A stretch of 64,000 nucleotides of DNA. Source: Amoebophrya sp. A120 (lineage: Eukaryota; Protista; Dinoflagellata). Below the pieces are notes generated by a model. That model worked only from the letters and a program-made list of their open reading frames with translations. It had not been told where the DNA came from and ran no database searches. Every line of letters starts with the position of its first letter. Position 1 is the stretch's first letter. The translations under genes and the position numbers were made by a program. Where the stretch lies: the NCBI GenBank assembly GCA_905178155.1, contig CAJINV010000011.1, positions 3,313,077 through 3,377,076 of the forward strand, in the 5' to 3' direction. Positions 20,662 through 32,671 of the stretch are shown here, one piece after another.

Positions 20662-23600
20662 ATGGAGGGTTTTAACGCGAACAAAAAGAATCCACCGGTG
20701 GTACGGACCACGCGGGCGGTCCCTGTGGACCCCAAGATCCTTGACCGCGAGATTCGGAAGCAGAGGAAGATGCTGGACCAGATGAAAGAAGAGCCGCAAA
20801 GGTGTCGCCTTTTGAAGAAAGATATCCACAGGAAATTCATTCCCGTACACGTACAAGTGCGGTCGCTGCATGACAAAACTTGGCTACGATCCTAGTGTAG
20901 CATGACAAGTGTTAGTACACTCCAAATTGGTGAAATTGGTTGCGACGGTGCATCTAGTACATGTACGGGAAATTTGTATTGCATAAAAGAGCGGGAGAAC
21001 TGGGACGTCGGACGAGAACTCGACGCGACGCGGGTCGCGACCCGGGAAAGGCTGGCCATATGCAGTCAGAAAGCAGGTTCCTTGACAGTTTTTTATGCTA
21101 GAAGTCTATTGATTGTTGTTGTAGTTGTTCCTCTCGAGGTTCCTGTTGTAGAGTGGATTTTTTTTTCGAAGGAAGCCTGCTTTTCTTGTCGGCTAAGGAA
21201 AAAAAGCTCGATGCACTCGTGCGGGTACTTCTATTTTTTACCAATGGTTCTTTGATTTAATTTAACTTTGGGCAGCTTTCGACGTTCTGATTAAAACAAA
21301 AACCAAAACACCATTCGCAGAGTCCTTCGACAAACGCCAGCTGGAATTGAAAAACGTGGTGCTCAGCAATTCGCCCCTCGTTTTCTCTAGAAGAAGCCCC
21401 CTTTTCCAAACATCTTATTCAGGAAGTCGGGGCTTCTCGAGATTTCCTTCAGAAGGGGACATCCCTTCTTCTGGGCTTTCCGCGTGATTTCCTTTGGGAA
21501 TTCCCTTCTCCTGGGTTTTTCGCATGACTTCCTTTGCGAAATCCCTTCTCCATCTCCTGGGCTTTCCACGTGATTTCCTTTGGGCAATCCCCTTTGCTGG
21601 GCTTTCCGCGTGATTTCTTTTGGGAAATCCCTTCTCCTGGGCTTTCCGCGTGATTTTCTTTGGGACATCCCTTTTCCTGGGCTTTCCGCATTATTTCCTT
21701 TGGGAAATCGCTTCGTCCGGGTTTTCCGCATGATTTCTTTTAGGAAATCGCTCGCCCCTGGGCTTTCCGCGTTTCTTTATAGGAAATCTCTTCCTTAGGA
21801 GCCGGCCGCTGATCTCCGCGTTAACACGTAGTGGAGGCAAGCTCCTTCTGATCTTCACTGCGAAACAGAGCGGAGACGAGCTCGGTGGCTAAGGTTTGGG
21901 TGGGATAGGGTCTGTGATAAGTATCGGGGTTTCTCCTTCGATATGGATCAGAGGGTCCGCGATGTCGGACTTTTCTCCTTTGATATGGATCAGACGACTT
22001 TTCTCCTTTGATCAAAGGAGAAAAGTCCGGACTTTTCTCCTTGCAAAGGAGAAAAGTCCGCTGGATTGATACCAGAGCGAGCAGCTCCTGGTCCAAGTCC
22101 TTCTGTTTTTGCTTCACATCCTTCTGCTTTAGCATCAAATCCTTCTGTTTTAGCATCATATCCTTCTGCTTTAGCATTCGGTCCTTCTGTTTTAGCATCA
22201 ATTTCTTCTGTCTTAGCATCGATTCCTTCTGTTTTTGCATCAATTCCTTCTGTCTTAGCATCGATCCCTTCTGTTTTTGCATCAATTCCTTGTGTTTTTG
22301 CATTTTTCTACATATCACGCGTGCTGTGATATCAACAGCACAATCGACTTTTCTCCTTTTTTTCTTTGATATCACGTGATATCACGTGATATCAAAGGAG
22401 AAAAGTCTTTTTTCAAAGTTTAAAGACCCTCTAATGTTCTGATGAAAACAAAACAAAAACCAAAATACCATTCGCAGAGTCCTTCGACAAACGCCAGCTG
22501 GAATTGAAAAACTTATCTAGAGTCCTTCGACAAACCGCCAGCTTGTCTTATCTAGTGTTGCCTCTTCTCCTTGGCTCGCAAGGTTCTACTCCCTCAGCGT
22601 TCAAGTTTTCTTTCCTGCATGATCTCCGGCGCCTTCTACTTATTTCTACTCAGCTCTGCAGCTGGTTTTGGCCTGCGCCGCCTATATTCCCATCACTCAC
22701 AGGCTGCATGCTATGTGGCCACTACTTTCATTCAAGTGCCGGCTATACGACGCAGCGCCGACCGTTGCGCGGGTTCCCATTTGTTGTTGCGGCACGAATG
22801 CGGCGACCGGCATTGGCTCGCGGCGTCAGGGGACGCATTCAGTTTCTGGCTACTTCCTACGCACCTATGCGCGTCCTTGGCAACGCATGCTGTGCGGTGA
22901 GTGTCTGTTGTTCCAACTTTTTCATCTAGTTCTAGTGCTAGGCTAGCTATAAGCGGCCGCCTCTCACTTGTCTTTCTTCATCTGTAACCATGCAGCCTTC
23001 GTGTCGACGCCTCTTATTGGTGCTGCGGCGTCTGTAAGATGGGGCACACGAGGCGTTGCTGCATGTGAAGCCGCGTCATCTTCGGTGCGTTGTTTGTGCT
23101 TCTATGGTTAACGCAAGTGGTAGCTCATCGGGCAACTAAGCCTTTGTTGGGTTTCGTGCGCAAGCATACAAACATTGCTCGCGTCTTCATGTCTCTAAAT
23201 TGGTTGGGCCTCGCTCTCAGGATCATTTGTCTTCAGCAACCTGGGTTGGCGTGTCTTTCTCTTCACGCCTGTGCTACATGTGGAATTGCTTTCCGTTTCT
23301 CGCCACGGCCGTCAAGCACATGTCAGGATGCTCAGGCTTTTTCGTTGTCTCTTCTCTTCTTTTTTTTGTACTTCTGTTGCTCCGTATGAAAACAAAATGA
23401 GTCGGCTCACGTGCGTGTGCACAACGAACCCGCGCTGACAAGCGCTTTTCGTTTTCATACTTCGCAACCTCGTACCAACGGGCCTCTCTTTCTCCGCCAT
23501 CGGGGTTGTCAGCTTTTTCGGTCTGGCGACCCGCGTTCGCTAGCTCGGCCCGTTGTTGTCTCCGACAGATCAAGTTATAAAAACAAAAACCAAAACACCA

Positions 23601-24454
23601 TTCGCAGAGTCCTTCGACAAACGCCAGCTGGAATTGAAAAACGTGGTGCTCAGCAACGAGGGCTTCATAAAGGACACCGACATCAAAATAGAGCGGGCAG
23701 AGAGGAAGGCCCGGGACGAGCAGCTTGCATGTACAACATTGACCAGGCGGGCTTTTTTTATTTCATGCGAGCAATTCGTTTGAACTTTTTCTTTTCAATG
23801 ATAAAGATGAACCGTACTCACTACCCTGACATTGTCATTGTTCCATGTTGTACTGATACAAAAAAAATCACATGCACCTCCTCCACAGGTAAGAAGGCAG
23901 ACGAGGAGCTGGTCCAGGTTACCCAAGAGTACACTTCGAAACTGCTCTATGAAAAGAAAAAAGTTCGTCACAGTCACTAACCGTTGCAGGCTCTTTTGCA
24001 TCAGAAACTTTTTCTGGCATCTCTGGTTTTATTTCTTGCCTTGCAGGAGATAAAGAAACCAGAACTACACAAGGGCAATAATCGCCTAAAAAGTTATTTC
24101 AGGACTGTGATGCATTGTTATTACGCATGTCATGCCAGAATATTGTTATTGTGTATTGCAAAAATTATGGGCAACATGAGTGATCGTGACGAACTCTTTT
24201 GCTTTGATATGGTCGAGCGTGAGCACGAGCTGAAGGATATCATGCACCAAATGAACTTTCAGAATTTTCTTCAGGATTCCGCCCGGTACTACCAAACGTT
24301 GAAGGATACGGAATGGAAGTCGCTTGCCGTCGAGGCGAGAAAAAAGGCACTGGAGGACGCAAAAAAGCAGCTGCAACTCGAGGATCAGAAGGGCACGACT
24401 GCTAGTACAACGACCAATGTGAAAGATAAAACGTTTCTAACGCAGCAGCAATGA
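20662..24454 (+). CDS. Coiled-coil flagellar protein, CFAP73/CCDC42 (DUF4200)-like; possibly disrupted by insertions in intron 21077-23607
   Basis: RLLKK|ERENWDV...SFDKRQLELKNVVLSNEGFIKDTDIKIERAERKARDE resembles the DUF4200 pattern; 3' exon junctions near 24000-24170 unresolved. Confidence 0.6.
20823..20985. mobile_element. Introner family E (TAT..TTCCCGTACAYGTAC)
   Basis: TIRs; perfect DR AAAGA. Confidence 0.9.
21293..21369 (+). repeat. Copy 1 of duplicated acceptor plus exon start (others at about 22450-22512 and 23580-23656)
   Basis: Same AAAACAAAAACCAAAACACCATTCGCAG|AGTCCTTCGACAAACGCCAGCTGGAATTGAAAAAC sequence. Confidence 0.95.
21461..21790. repeat. Minisatellite, about 8 x 40 bp (ATCCCTTCTCCTGGGCTTTCCGCGTGATTTCCTTTGGGAA)
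   Basis: Head-to-tail imperfect copies, no spacers. Confidence 0.9.
21996..22060. repeat. Consecutive palindromes built from unit GACTTTTCTCCTTT
   Basis: 32-bp perfect palindrome 21996-22027 followed by a near-perfect one; related foldback at 22346-22407. Confidence 0.9.
22098..22305 (-). repeat. 21-bp tandem repeat (about 10 copies) reading as heptads (QKELMQK) in minus ORF 21821-22375
   Basis: TCCTTCTGTTTTAGCATCAA-like units. Confidence 0.85.
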
Positions 24455-25658
24455 TAATGAACTACGCTTCAAGTAGTTGTGATGAACTACGACAACGATC
24501 TACCAGAACCAGTCCTATAGAAGATGAGGGCGCTTGTTTCATGAAAAGTTCATTGCTTCTCAGTTTACTTCTTCCTCCTTGTCTTTGAGAGCTTTTGTTT
24601 CGGATGAACAATTGAAAATGCAATGCATCATAAGTACTTATGATGCCACCTCCGCGTCGTGTCAACAATCAGAAACAGAATCATAATTCAACTCGGTTGA
24701 TCGATAGCGAGTTAGAGTTTTCACTGGCGTGGTTTCTTGTACGATTGATGAACCTGCTTCTGCAGACCTGGTTCAACATGAACATTTGACACGTGGTGGT
24801 TATCGCTAGTATGGCGACAGGAGGAAATGGAACAAAAACCAAACGAATGAAACGCTAGCTGCTTGAGGAAGGAGCAACAAGTACAGAATGAAGCGAAAAA
24901 AGAGGTAAATGGAAATCAGAACAGCACTATGCAGACGAGTTAAAAACAAGTACAATATTTTGGCCTGCTGAAGATGAAAATCCTGTGTACAATAAAGATA
25001 TTTTTTGCTTTCTGCATTGGGATAAGAGTTAAGAGAAAGTGAAAGGTAAGAGAAGGACGAAGATGATACAACGCCAGCTGTGACCACATCAGAGCGGAAG
25101 AAGGACACAGCAGTGGAGAAGCCATTTTTACTTCTTTGGAACGAATGAATTTTGTTGTCCAGCAGGCAGCGGACCACAGCCTAGCAACACAGTAGCAAAT
25201 CGAGTGACGGAGTAGATAGCTTTCGCAAGAGTACTTTTCGGGTGGTATTAGAATAGTACGTTCGTTGAGAAGTAGTTGTGAGAGTTGCGGGTGAAGAAAA
25301 TATCAAGTGTGGTCAAGAGAAGCTGTATAATAAACATAAATGGCACTGGTCATCTTCGTCGTTGATCGTCATCTCGTTCTCGTTTTTACCGCCCTCGTCT
25401 GCGTCACCTTGTTCTCTCGGCTTAGTTTCTTATTGCAAGCAACTTCACTCAGCTACGAAGCCTATAGTAAACGACTATGTAACACGAATAATTTTCATCC
25501 GGTGCAGCAACAAGGAAAGTGAAAATTTGGCGTTGAAAGTTGTTACTTAGCTGTGAAAACCCTGCCTGAAACTGCGGACAATTTCGCTTTATTTCCAGTG
25601 CCGAAATTTTTCTTATTCTTTCTAGTTCTTGTCCACCCCCCGGTGCATCGTCGCCAAA

Positions 25659-28600
25659 ATGCCGTCGCCCGAGAACGAGCCGGACCGGTACTCTATGAAA
25701 TGGATCTACGCGCCAAATCTCCCCCGATTGCCGTCGCTGAAGGAGATCGAGGCTGGCGAGAAACTGGTACTGCACAACGCGCCGATTTGGAGCATCGCGC
25801 AGGTATGAACTGCAAAAGTATCGTACTCGTATAAATGCATTACAAATTTTCTCAGCATGAGTATGAGAAATAAAATTTGTAATGCGGATTTACCTTAACA
25901 AAAAGATTTGTAATGCATGAGTGCAATACGAGTGCGATACTTTTGCACAGGATAGCAGCGACTCGAGTACGACAAAAAGATGGCGGCGGCGCGAAGTCCC
26001 GTATGCATTGCAAACATGTCTGAGTCTGGAAGGTTGGAACTTGTGATGCGGATTGTGCAATAGGCAAAAATTTCTATTGCATGATCACCAAAAGCTGCCC
26101 ACTTCGTGCTAAGCAAGTGCTAAGCAAATCGGGAATTCCTCACGCAGAAAAGGTTGTACTTATCAGAAGGCCTGCGCAAAGCCTGTAATGCTTCTGCGTG
26201 CATTACAGACCATTTGCATAATCCAAAAGATGCATGACAAACAAGTGCCTTCTTCCAGACCCAGACATATTTGCATTTGATAGCCCGGGCCGGTCTACAA
26301 CTACGACACAAACGTGTACAAGCGGAAGCCGCAGGAGTACTTCCATTACCGGGGGGAGTATCAAAATGAAAAGTCCCCCGTCCCCATATCAAAAGGGAAA
26401 TCTGTGATGCGGGGTTTCCGTACACAAATGCGCGCTGTCTTGCAGTAAGGCATCGCAGCCAGATTCTCAGCCTAGGTAGGGGCGTTTGGGTCTAGTTGTT
26501 TAGCATTACAAACGGGCGTCCCCTAGGCCCAACAGCATGCCAAATCGCTGCCACAATGGCGCGGAAGCCTCTGCACTTGTCTTCTTGCAAGACAGACGTG
26601 ATTTGTGGTCTCAAATCAGCAACGCAAATCTTCGGAATCATACCGTTTCGATATGGGGAGGGGGGATTTTTCCTTTTGATAGGGAGCGAACCTGGTTCAA
26701 CAAACCACGCAAAGGGGTCGGGGAAAAGTCGATGGTACAAGAGCTCTATTTTCGGCTGTTCTGGGCTGCATCTAGTAGTAAGTTCAATTTTTTTTTTCGG
26801 AGGCTTTTTTGTTATAGTATGTTGTGAAAGCGCGAAAGATCATCTCATTGAAGGTAAGACGATCAAAATTAAATCCTCGCACGATCTTGAAGACAAATAC
26901 AATTACATATCCTCAACAGGGCCTTGGACCCAACGACATCGGCGTTGTCGACCAAAAGCACCCGATTATTCCCCGCGAGCCGACCGTATGCACTGCAAAT
27001 ACGTTGTCATCTGGGTCCGGAAGCAGGTTTTCATGCTACTTGGTGCAGCGATATGAGCTGCAGAGGACTCCATTGCCCAGCTCGGAAGCATGAGGAGTTT
27101 TATTTTGGGAACATCGTGTTGCGTATTCCGAATCCTACTCCTAGTATTGTTCCGCATTTGATGAAGCGAATTACTCTTTTGCAACGTCACAAGCTAGCGG
27201 TGCTCTTGCACGATATGCATCACAGAATTTACAGTTGTACCCTGCAAGCATTGCAAGTTCCAGACCCAGATCGGTATGATTTGCGGTTGATACACCGCGA
27301 CGCTGAACAATTTCAATCCGCGGGTGGACGACAAAACTGTGGCGAACCTGTATCCTGAGCAAAAACGTCCACACCCCAGATTTGGACAGATTTGCAATGC
27401 AAAGCTGCATGCCAAAAAAGTTTCTCATGCGGAGCTCCATGAGAAGCATATGCATTTTCCATTCGTGTTTTGTATGTAGTGAGGTCACCGAACGGTTCTA
27501 ACCGGGGAGTTTTTTTGCCACCTACCGTGAAAAACGACCGGCAGTTTTCAAGCGGCCGAAAGTGTTTTTTGACAAAAAAGATTTTCAATTATCAAGCGGC
27601 CGCGGCGTTGCTGGCAAACAAGCCCGGTCGAAAACTATCGATTCGCACTTGATAAAACGACGCAGGGGAGCCGGCAAAAGGGGCGCCCTTCTGAGGCGCC
27701 CACCGCCTTGGTTTCTGGCGATTTGGGGCGTCCAAAAAGGGGCGCGCAAAAAACGCGCCCAAAATCAGAACAGCGAAACAGCATGGCACGGCCGCGATTT
27801 CGGAGCATTTTGGGCGGCCGCGAAAGCGGCCGCCTTTTCGCCGGTTTCAGAGCCTGGGAAGCTTTGCAAAAAGCGCTGGCGAGAAATATAAAAACGCAAA
27901 AAAGAAAAAGCGCGCCAGACGCGCAAAGCCAATCCGCATGCTATGGGCCCGATTTTTCCTCTCTTTTTGGGCGCCCCCCGTGGCGCCCGGATCGGCCTCA
28001 TAGCATGGGGGCTGGCTTTCGGAAAGGAATTTCGAAAATTTGTCAAAATTCGCGACGCTTATCAGGCGGCCGCCATACCGTGGGGCCTAACGTTACTCAC
28101 GGCGGTATGGCGGGCCCAGAAAAATCAAAGCCGCGGCCGAGGCGACGGCCGGCAAGAAAACGCCCACGACCTCACTACCTCCGCCCCGGCGGCTATATTT
28201 GGTAATTTGTGATGCTAGAAAAATCAGCATGGTATGCTAGATCTGTGATGCTGCTGAACTAGCTAAACAGGATCACACTTTGAGGGCAAATTTGTCATGC
28301 GAAGCAACCAAAGCTGGTTGATTTGTCTAGCAGATTTTCCGTCTTGACTATAATGGGGTGGGGACGTTTTTACACAGGATAGCCTGCCCCCGGGCCAGGA
28401 TCCGGGGCGGTACCCGCCGGACGCCAAGGACTGCGCCATGAATGCCCCGCCGAAGTGGAGCGTGAACAGTCGTAAACCGTACATCGTGGGGGCCCCGAAC
28501 CCGGCCCGCACCAGCAACGTGCCGGTCCGCGACCTGCGGCACTTCCACGAGAAGGGGGGGGCGCTGGAGCCGCCGGCTTACACGCTGAAGTTTCGGATCG

Positions 28601-28987
28601 ACTACACCACGCAGGCACAGAAGAAGTTCCTATGCAAGAAAAAAACTGTGTTGTAAGTGTAAGTCTGTGATGCAAAGCATGCAACACTGTTATACTTGTC
28701 ATGCTAGCCAACCATGAAGTCCTATTTGTTTCATTTGTATTTTCACTTACTAGCTGCGCATGACAGGCTTTGTCTGTCATGCAGAGTAGATTTGTCATGC
28801 CGTCGCCCCAAGACACCTACACTAACACAGTTTTTTTCTTTGATAGTTCCCCGCGCCCAACCACTACGACCAATCCAAGCACCTGAACGTGGACGGGGCG
28901 AAGCGCAGCGCGCCCAAATTTGGCTTTGGCACCGCGCGCCGCTTCCCCAGACCCCGGTTTCCGGAAGCCAGGGGGGAAAAGAAATGA
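25659..28987 (+). CDS. SHIPPO/ODF3-like PG-rich repeat axonemal protein; 6 introners and 1 GT-AG intron (26735-26919)
   Basis: APIWS, SP|GPVY, PPKWS, F|PAPNHY, SAPKFGFGTARRF; open frame to TGA 28985-28987. Confidence 0.85.
25804..25954. mobile_element. Introner family F (TAT..TGCAAAAGTATCGYACTCGTAT), GT-AG compatible
   Basis: TIRs; DR GCAGG/GCAGC. Confidence 0.9.
26002..26282. mobile_element. Introner family A
   Basis: DR TCCCG/GCCCG. Confidence 0.95.
26359..26681. mobile_element. Introner family B
   Basis: Perfect DR GGGAG; body similar to 2170-2490. Confidence 0.95.
26987..27292. mobile_element. Introner family A
   Basis: DR GACCG/CACCG. Confidence 0.9.
27351..28381. mobile_element. Family C introner carrying a nested 732-bp element
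   Basis: TATCCTGAGCAAAAACGT ... ACGTTTTTACACAGGATA; DR ACCTG/GCCTG. Confidence 0.9.
27473..28204. mobile_element. Non-autonomous element with asymmetric inverted repeats, copy 1
   Basis: GTAGTGAGGTC 27476-27486 / GACCTCACTAC 28168-28178, then hairpin CCGCC-CC-GGCGG; TA at both ends; second copy at 29778. Confidence 0.85.
28631..28845. mobile_element. Introner family H (TAT..AGAAAAAAACTGTG)
   Basis: Perfect DR GTTCC. Confidence 0.95.
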
Positions 28988-29613
28988 CCGGCAACGGAAG
29001 GACAGGAGTTGTTGGTGTTTCGATAAAATGAATAGGATACTAAGAACCAATTCGATATTGTGCACTTGATGAGCCTATCGAAGATTACATGTTGTATCTT
29101 TTGGTTATTGCATGTATAATCTACAAACGACGTTGACTGTTTCCTCAATTGGTGCGATCTTGATCTGGAATTAACAGCTGAACAAAATTTGTTTTCTTGC
29201 AGCGTGTACAAATGTGTGTAACTTGCCTCACCAACGACCGCGGGGAACGTAGGAGGCAAGAAGTGACTGAAAAAAGAGCGACCACTTATTGATGGGGAGC
29301 GTGTGAAAGAGAACACGGCTGGTGTCGTGTTCGCTGGTTGTGTTTTCAGAAGCGGACCACTACTAGTGCACTTGGTGTAGGATGTGGGACAGCTAAAATT
29401 CAGGAGTGCACAATTATCACAAAGCGAAATTTTCATCTATGCATCAACTCAAAAATTCGACTTTTTTTGTCTGTTTCGGAGGCGATGCCCATCGTGCGGC
29501 TTGAAGTAAGCGCGAGCGAAAATAAAGATCGCGGGTCTGTACGTATATAATTTGAGATTTATTTGCGCTCAATTTTCACCTGAAACTAACAACTCTAGCG
29601 CATTCGGCTATGC

Positions 29614-31802
29614 ATGAGACAACACTCGGGGCCGCGCCAGCCGTCCGGGCGGAAGAGGGTGGTCGCCCTGATCTATCTATCCCACAGGAAAAACCAGGCA
29701 GGGCATACAACCTGTGATGCAAAAATAGATATACTTACACAAAATCTCATCTCATGCGTGTCTTCAGCAGCATGTTATATGTAGTGAGGTCACCGAACGG
29801 TTCTAACCAGGGAGTTTTTTTGACACCTCCCGTGAAAAACGACCGGCAGTCTTCAAGCGGCCGGAAGTGTTTTTGAGCATAAAAAGTTTTCACTTATCAA
29901 GCGGCCGGGGCGTTTGCGGCAAACAAGCCCGGTCGAAAACTATCGATTCGCACTTGATAAAACGACGCAGGGGAGCCGGCAAAAGGGGCGCCCTTCTGAG
30001 GCGCCCGCCGCCTTAGTTCCTGGCGATTTGGGGCGCCCAAAAAAGGGCGCGCAAAAAACGCGCCCAAAATCAGAACAGCGAAACAGCTCGGCACGGCCGC
30101 GATTTCGGAGCATTTTGGGCGGCCGCGAAAGCGGCCGCCTTTTCGCCGGTTTTAGAGCCTGGGAAGCTTTGCAAAAAGCGCCGGCGTGAAAAATAAATAC
30201 GCGAAAAATAAAAAGCGCGCCAGACGCGCAAAGCCAATCCGCATGCTATGGGCCCGGTTTTTCTTCGCTTTCTGGGCGGCCCCCGTGGCACCCGGATCGG
30301 CCCCATAGCATCGGGGCTGGCTTTCGGAAAGTAATTTTGGAAATGTGCCAAAATTTGCAACGTTTCCCAAGTGGCCATCATACCGTGCGGCATAACGTTA
30401 CTCACGGTGGTATGGCGAACCCATAAAAAGCAAAGCCGCGGCCAAGGCTGCGGTCGGCAAAAAAACGCCCAGGACCTCACTACCCCCGCCCCAGCGGCTA
30501 TATTTGGTACATATAGGGTCGCCCATGACAAGATTTTTCTGTGAGTTTATTTTTGCATCACAAATAATGATATGCCCTGGCGCCTGTTTTTTTCTGTGGG
30601 ATACTACCGGGTGGCGGCCAGCCGGATCGCGGACGAGTGTAGTAGCACCGGCCTGGAGCGAGGAAAAAATACGAAGGGCACCAAGACCAGCTATACTGAT
30701 GAGGCGACCACCAATAATGACATCCACGATGTGGCGGTGCAGGCGCTGAAAGAGACCAGAACATTCCTCGACCGAATCAATGTCGTGCTGAAAAACCATT
30801 TAGAAGTCAGCAGCACGACACCTGGAGTTATTTTTCCGCTTGTTTATTCATCCCACAGTGTAGTGGATGAAGGCGCGGCTGCCTCATTGCTGCGTGCGGT
30901 GGGTAGTGGTTGTCCTTCTGGGAATGGAACAAAATCGTCGTCGGGACCACCGCCGAGCTGCTCGGAAGATGAGGCCAGCGTGCTGAATGCGGTCTTGGAG
31001 GAAGAAGGCGGTGAAACGAGCAGTACATGCGTTGTTTACCTCCCTTTTCGCTGTAGTCTAATTTTATTTGCTGTGTAATAAGTATTTTTAGCTTGTCAGA
31101 AGTCGCGGCGCATAAGAAGGACCACCTAGTTTTTGCTTATACAGTGCCGAACAAGCTTGCCATTGTTTTTCTTTTTGCCGTTTTAGTTCATGGTGGTTCA
31201 TCATCCCGCTCCTGCGCATCGAATGACGTCCATGCAATTACTTTTACCCATAATTCATCTTATCACTATCAGACGATGACGGGCCGCTGCAAACTAGTCC
31301 CGGGGTGTACGCCGGCACGTTCGCAGCCTGTACGCGAGCTTTGCGGCGGTGGTAAAGAGTTTATTTTCTACGTTATGATATGAGAATCATAATCAACAAT
31401 ACTCAATCTCATGGCCATGTCTTTGTCTCCCACCTGCATGGAGTTGTTCCAATTGGACCCGCATGTACGAGAGCAGGTGCGAAGATCTTGGTCTGCCAAA
31501 ATATTATCAGCGCCGCCAGCAGCCGGGGGGGATCTTCGTCTACGGCGGCCGCGGGCGGCAGACTACTGTCGAATTACACCAGTGTGTCCTCGTCGCCACC
31601 CGTGCGCCGTGGCATTTTCGACCCCCGCGAAGAGGTGAGTCCCTTTGTGCGGAGGCGGAAGCTGCCGCCGCTGCAGAATGTCGGTAGCTCCTCGTCGTCG
31701 GGCCCTCGCAAAACTGCAGCACAGCGCAACAGCAAATTTTCCACTTCCCCCGTCAGTCCCGAAGAACGCGGTGCGAGCGGTACAACTGGGCCGCGTGGCT
31801 AG
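29614..31802 (+). CDS. Unknown protein, low complexity; 3' exon structure uncertain
   Basis: MRQHSG...VVALIY|RVAASRIADEC joins in frame across 29678-30603. Confidence 0.45.
29678..30603. mobile_element. Family G introner (TATCCCACAGRAAAAA..CAGG) carrying a nested 732-bp element
   Basis: TIRs; DR CTATC/CTACC. Confidence 0.9.
29778..30509. mobile_element. Non-autonomous element with asymmetric inverted repeats, copy 2
   Basis: Collinear with 27473-28204 and the same length; IRs 29781-29791 / 30473-30483. Confidence 0.85.
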
Positions 31803-32671
31803 TAAATGGAGAAAGTACTTAAAATCACGACTACTTCGGGGCGGGCCGCGTGACTAGTAAAACCAACGTACAGCACGGGATGAAAAATAGAACATCAAAT
31901 GCAGCAGTTCGCGGAACAAGCACGGGCGCCCATCGACTTTTTGAAAGATTGGATCTGTCCTCAAATAAACGACCTTAGTTTTTCTTGTGGAACCACCGCC
32001 ACCCTCCAGAGTAACTTTGTACGATGTCAAACCCTGTACGCGTCAAGTTGTCTTGCTCATGTAAAATTAAAGTAAGAATCACCATCGGAGAAGGGAAGTG
32101 GAGTCCAATGAATATTCAAGGTGCAGCACTTGGTGTTTCTCGAGCGTGCGGCACGCTCGAGACTAATTAGGCACTGCCTAATTAGAAGTCACCAGCCTTT
32201 GATCGTTCAACATCCGTTCATGCGTCAACTTCGTGTCGTTCGTATAGATCCTCGACCTAATTTCGTTTTGCAGGAATCGGACGTATTTGATTGTGTTTCC
32301 GACTTCGCACGTGATATTCTCAATACAGCTTGGTGATCGTTCAGATCGCTCCTACTTCTTGAGCGAAAAGTACTACCGGATGCGCTAGCTGCGAAGACGA
32401 GGGGCCACGCGCAGCTTTCCGGTTCGAATCGTCTTGATAGCGTGTTGTCCTCGTGAAGATCACTTTAACAGCCTAGAAGACAGGAGTACAATTCGTAAAG
32501 TCAGTACATAAAGTCAAAAGCATCTTCGCTGTAGTTCTACTGCATAGAAGCATTCCAGTAGGAGCCGATTGTTATAGGCGTACTAGGAAATAATAACGAC
32601 CTGTGCGTCGTCGTCGTGCTGCCTGGATACTGTGCTTCTTCTTTAAGGCTTTGGAGGTTTCATAAGGCAAG

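Noticed and set aside
21461-21790. CRISPR array
   Set aside because: Head-to-tail degenerate units with no unique spacers, no cas genes, eukaryotic context
27473-28204. CACTA transposon, or coding ORFs in the nested element
   Set aside because: CACTA/TAGTG face the wrong way and are asymmetric; ORF boundaries differ between the two copies and show no recognisable domain
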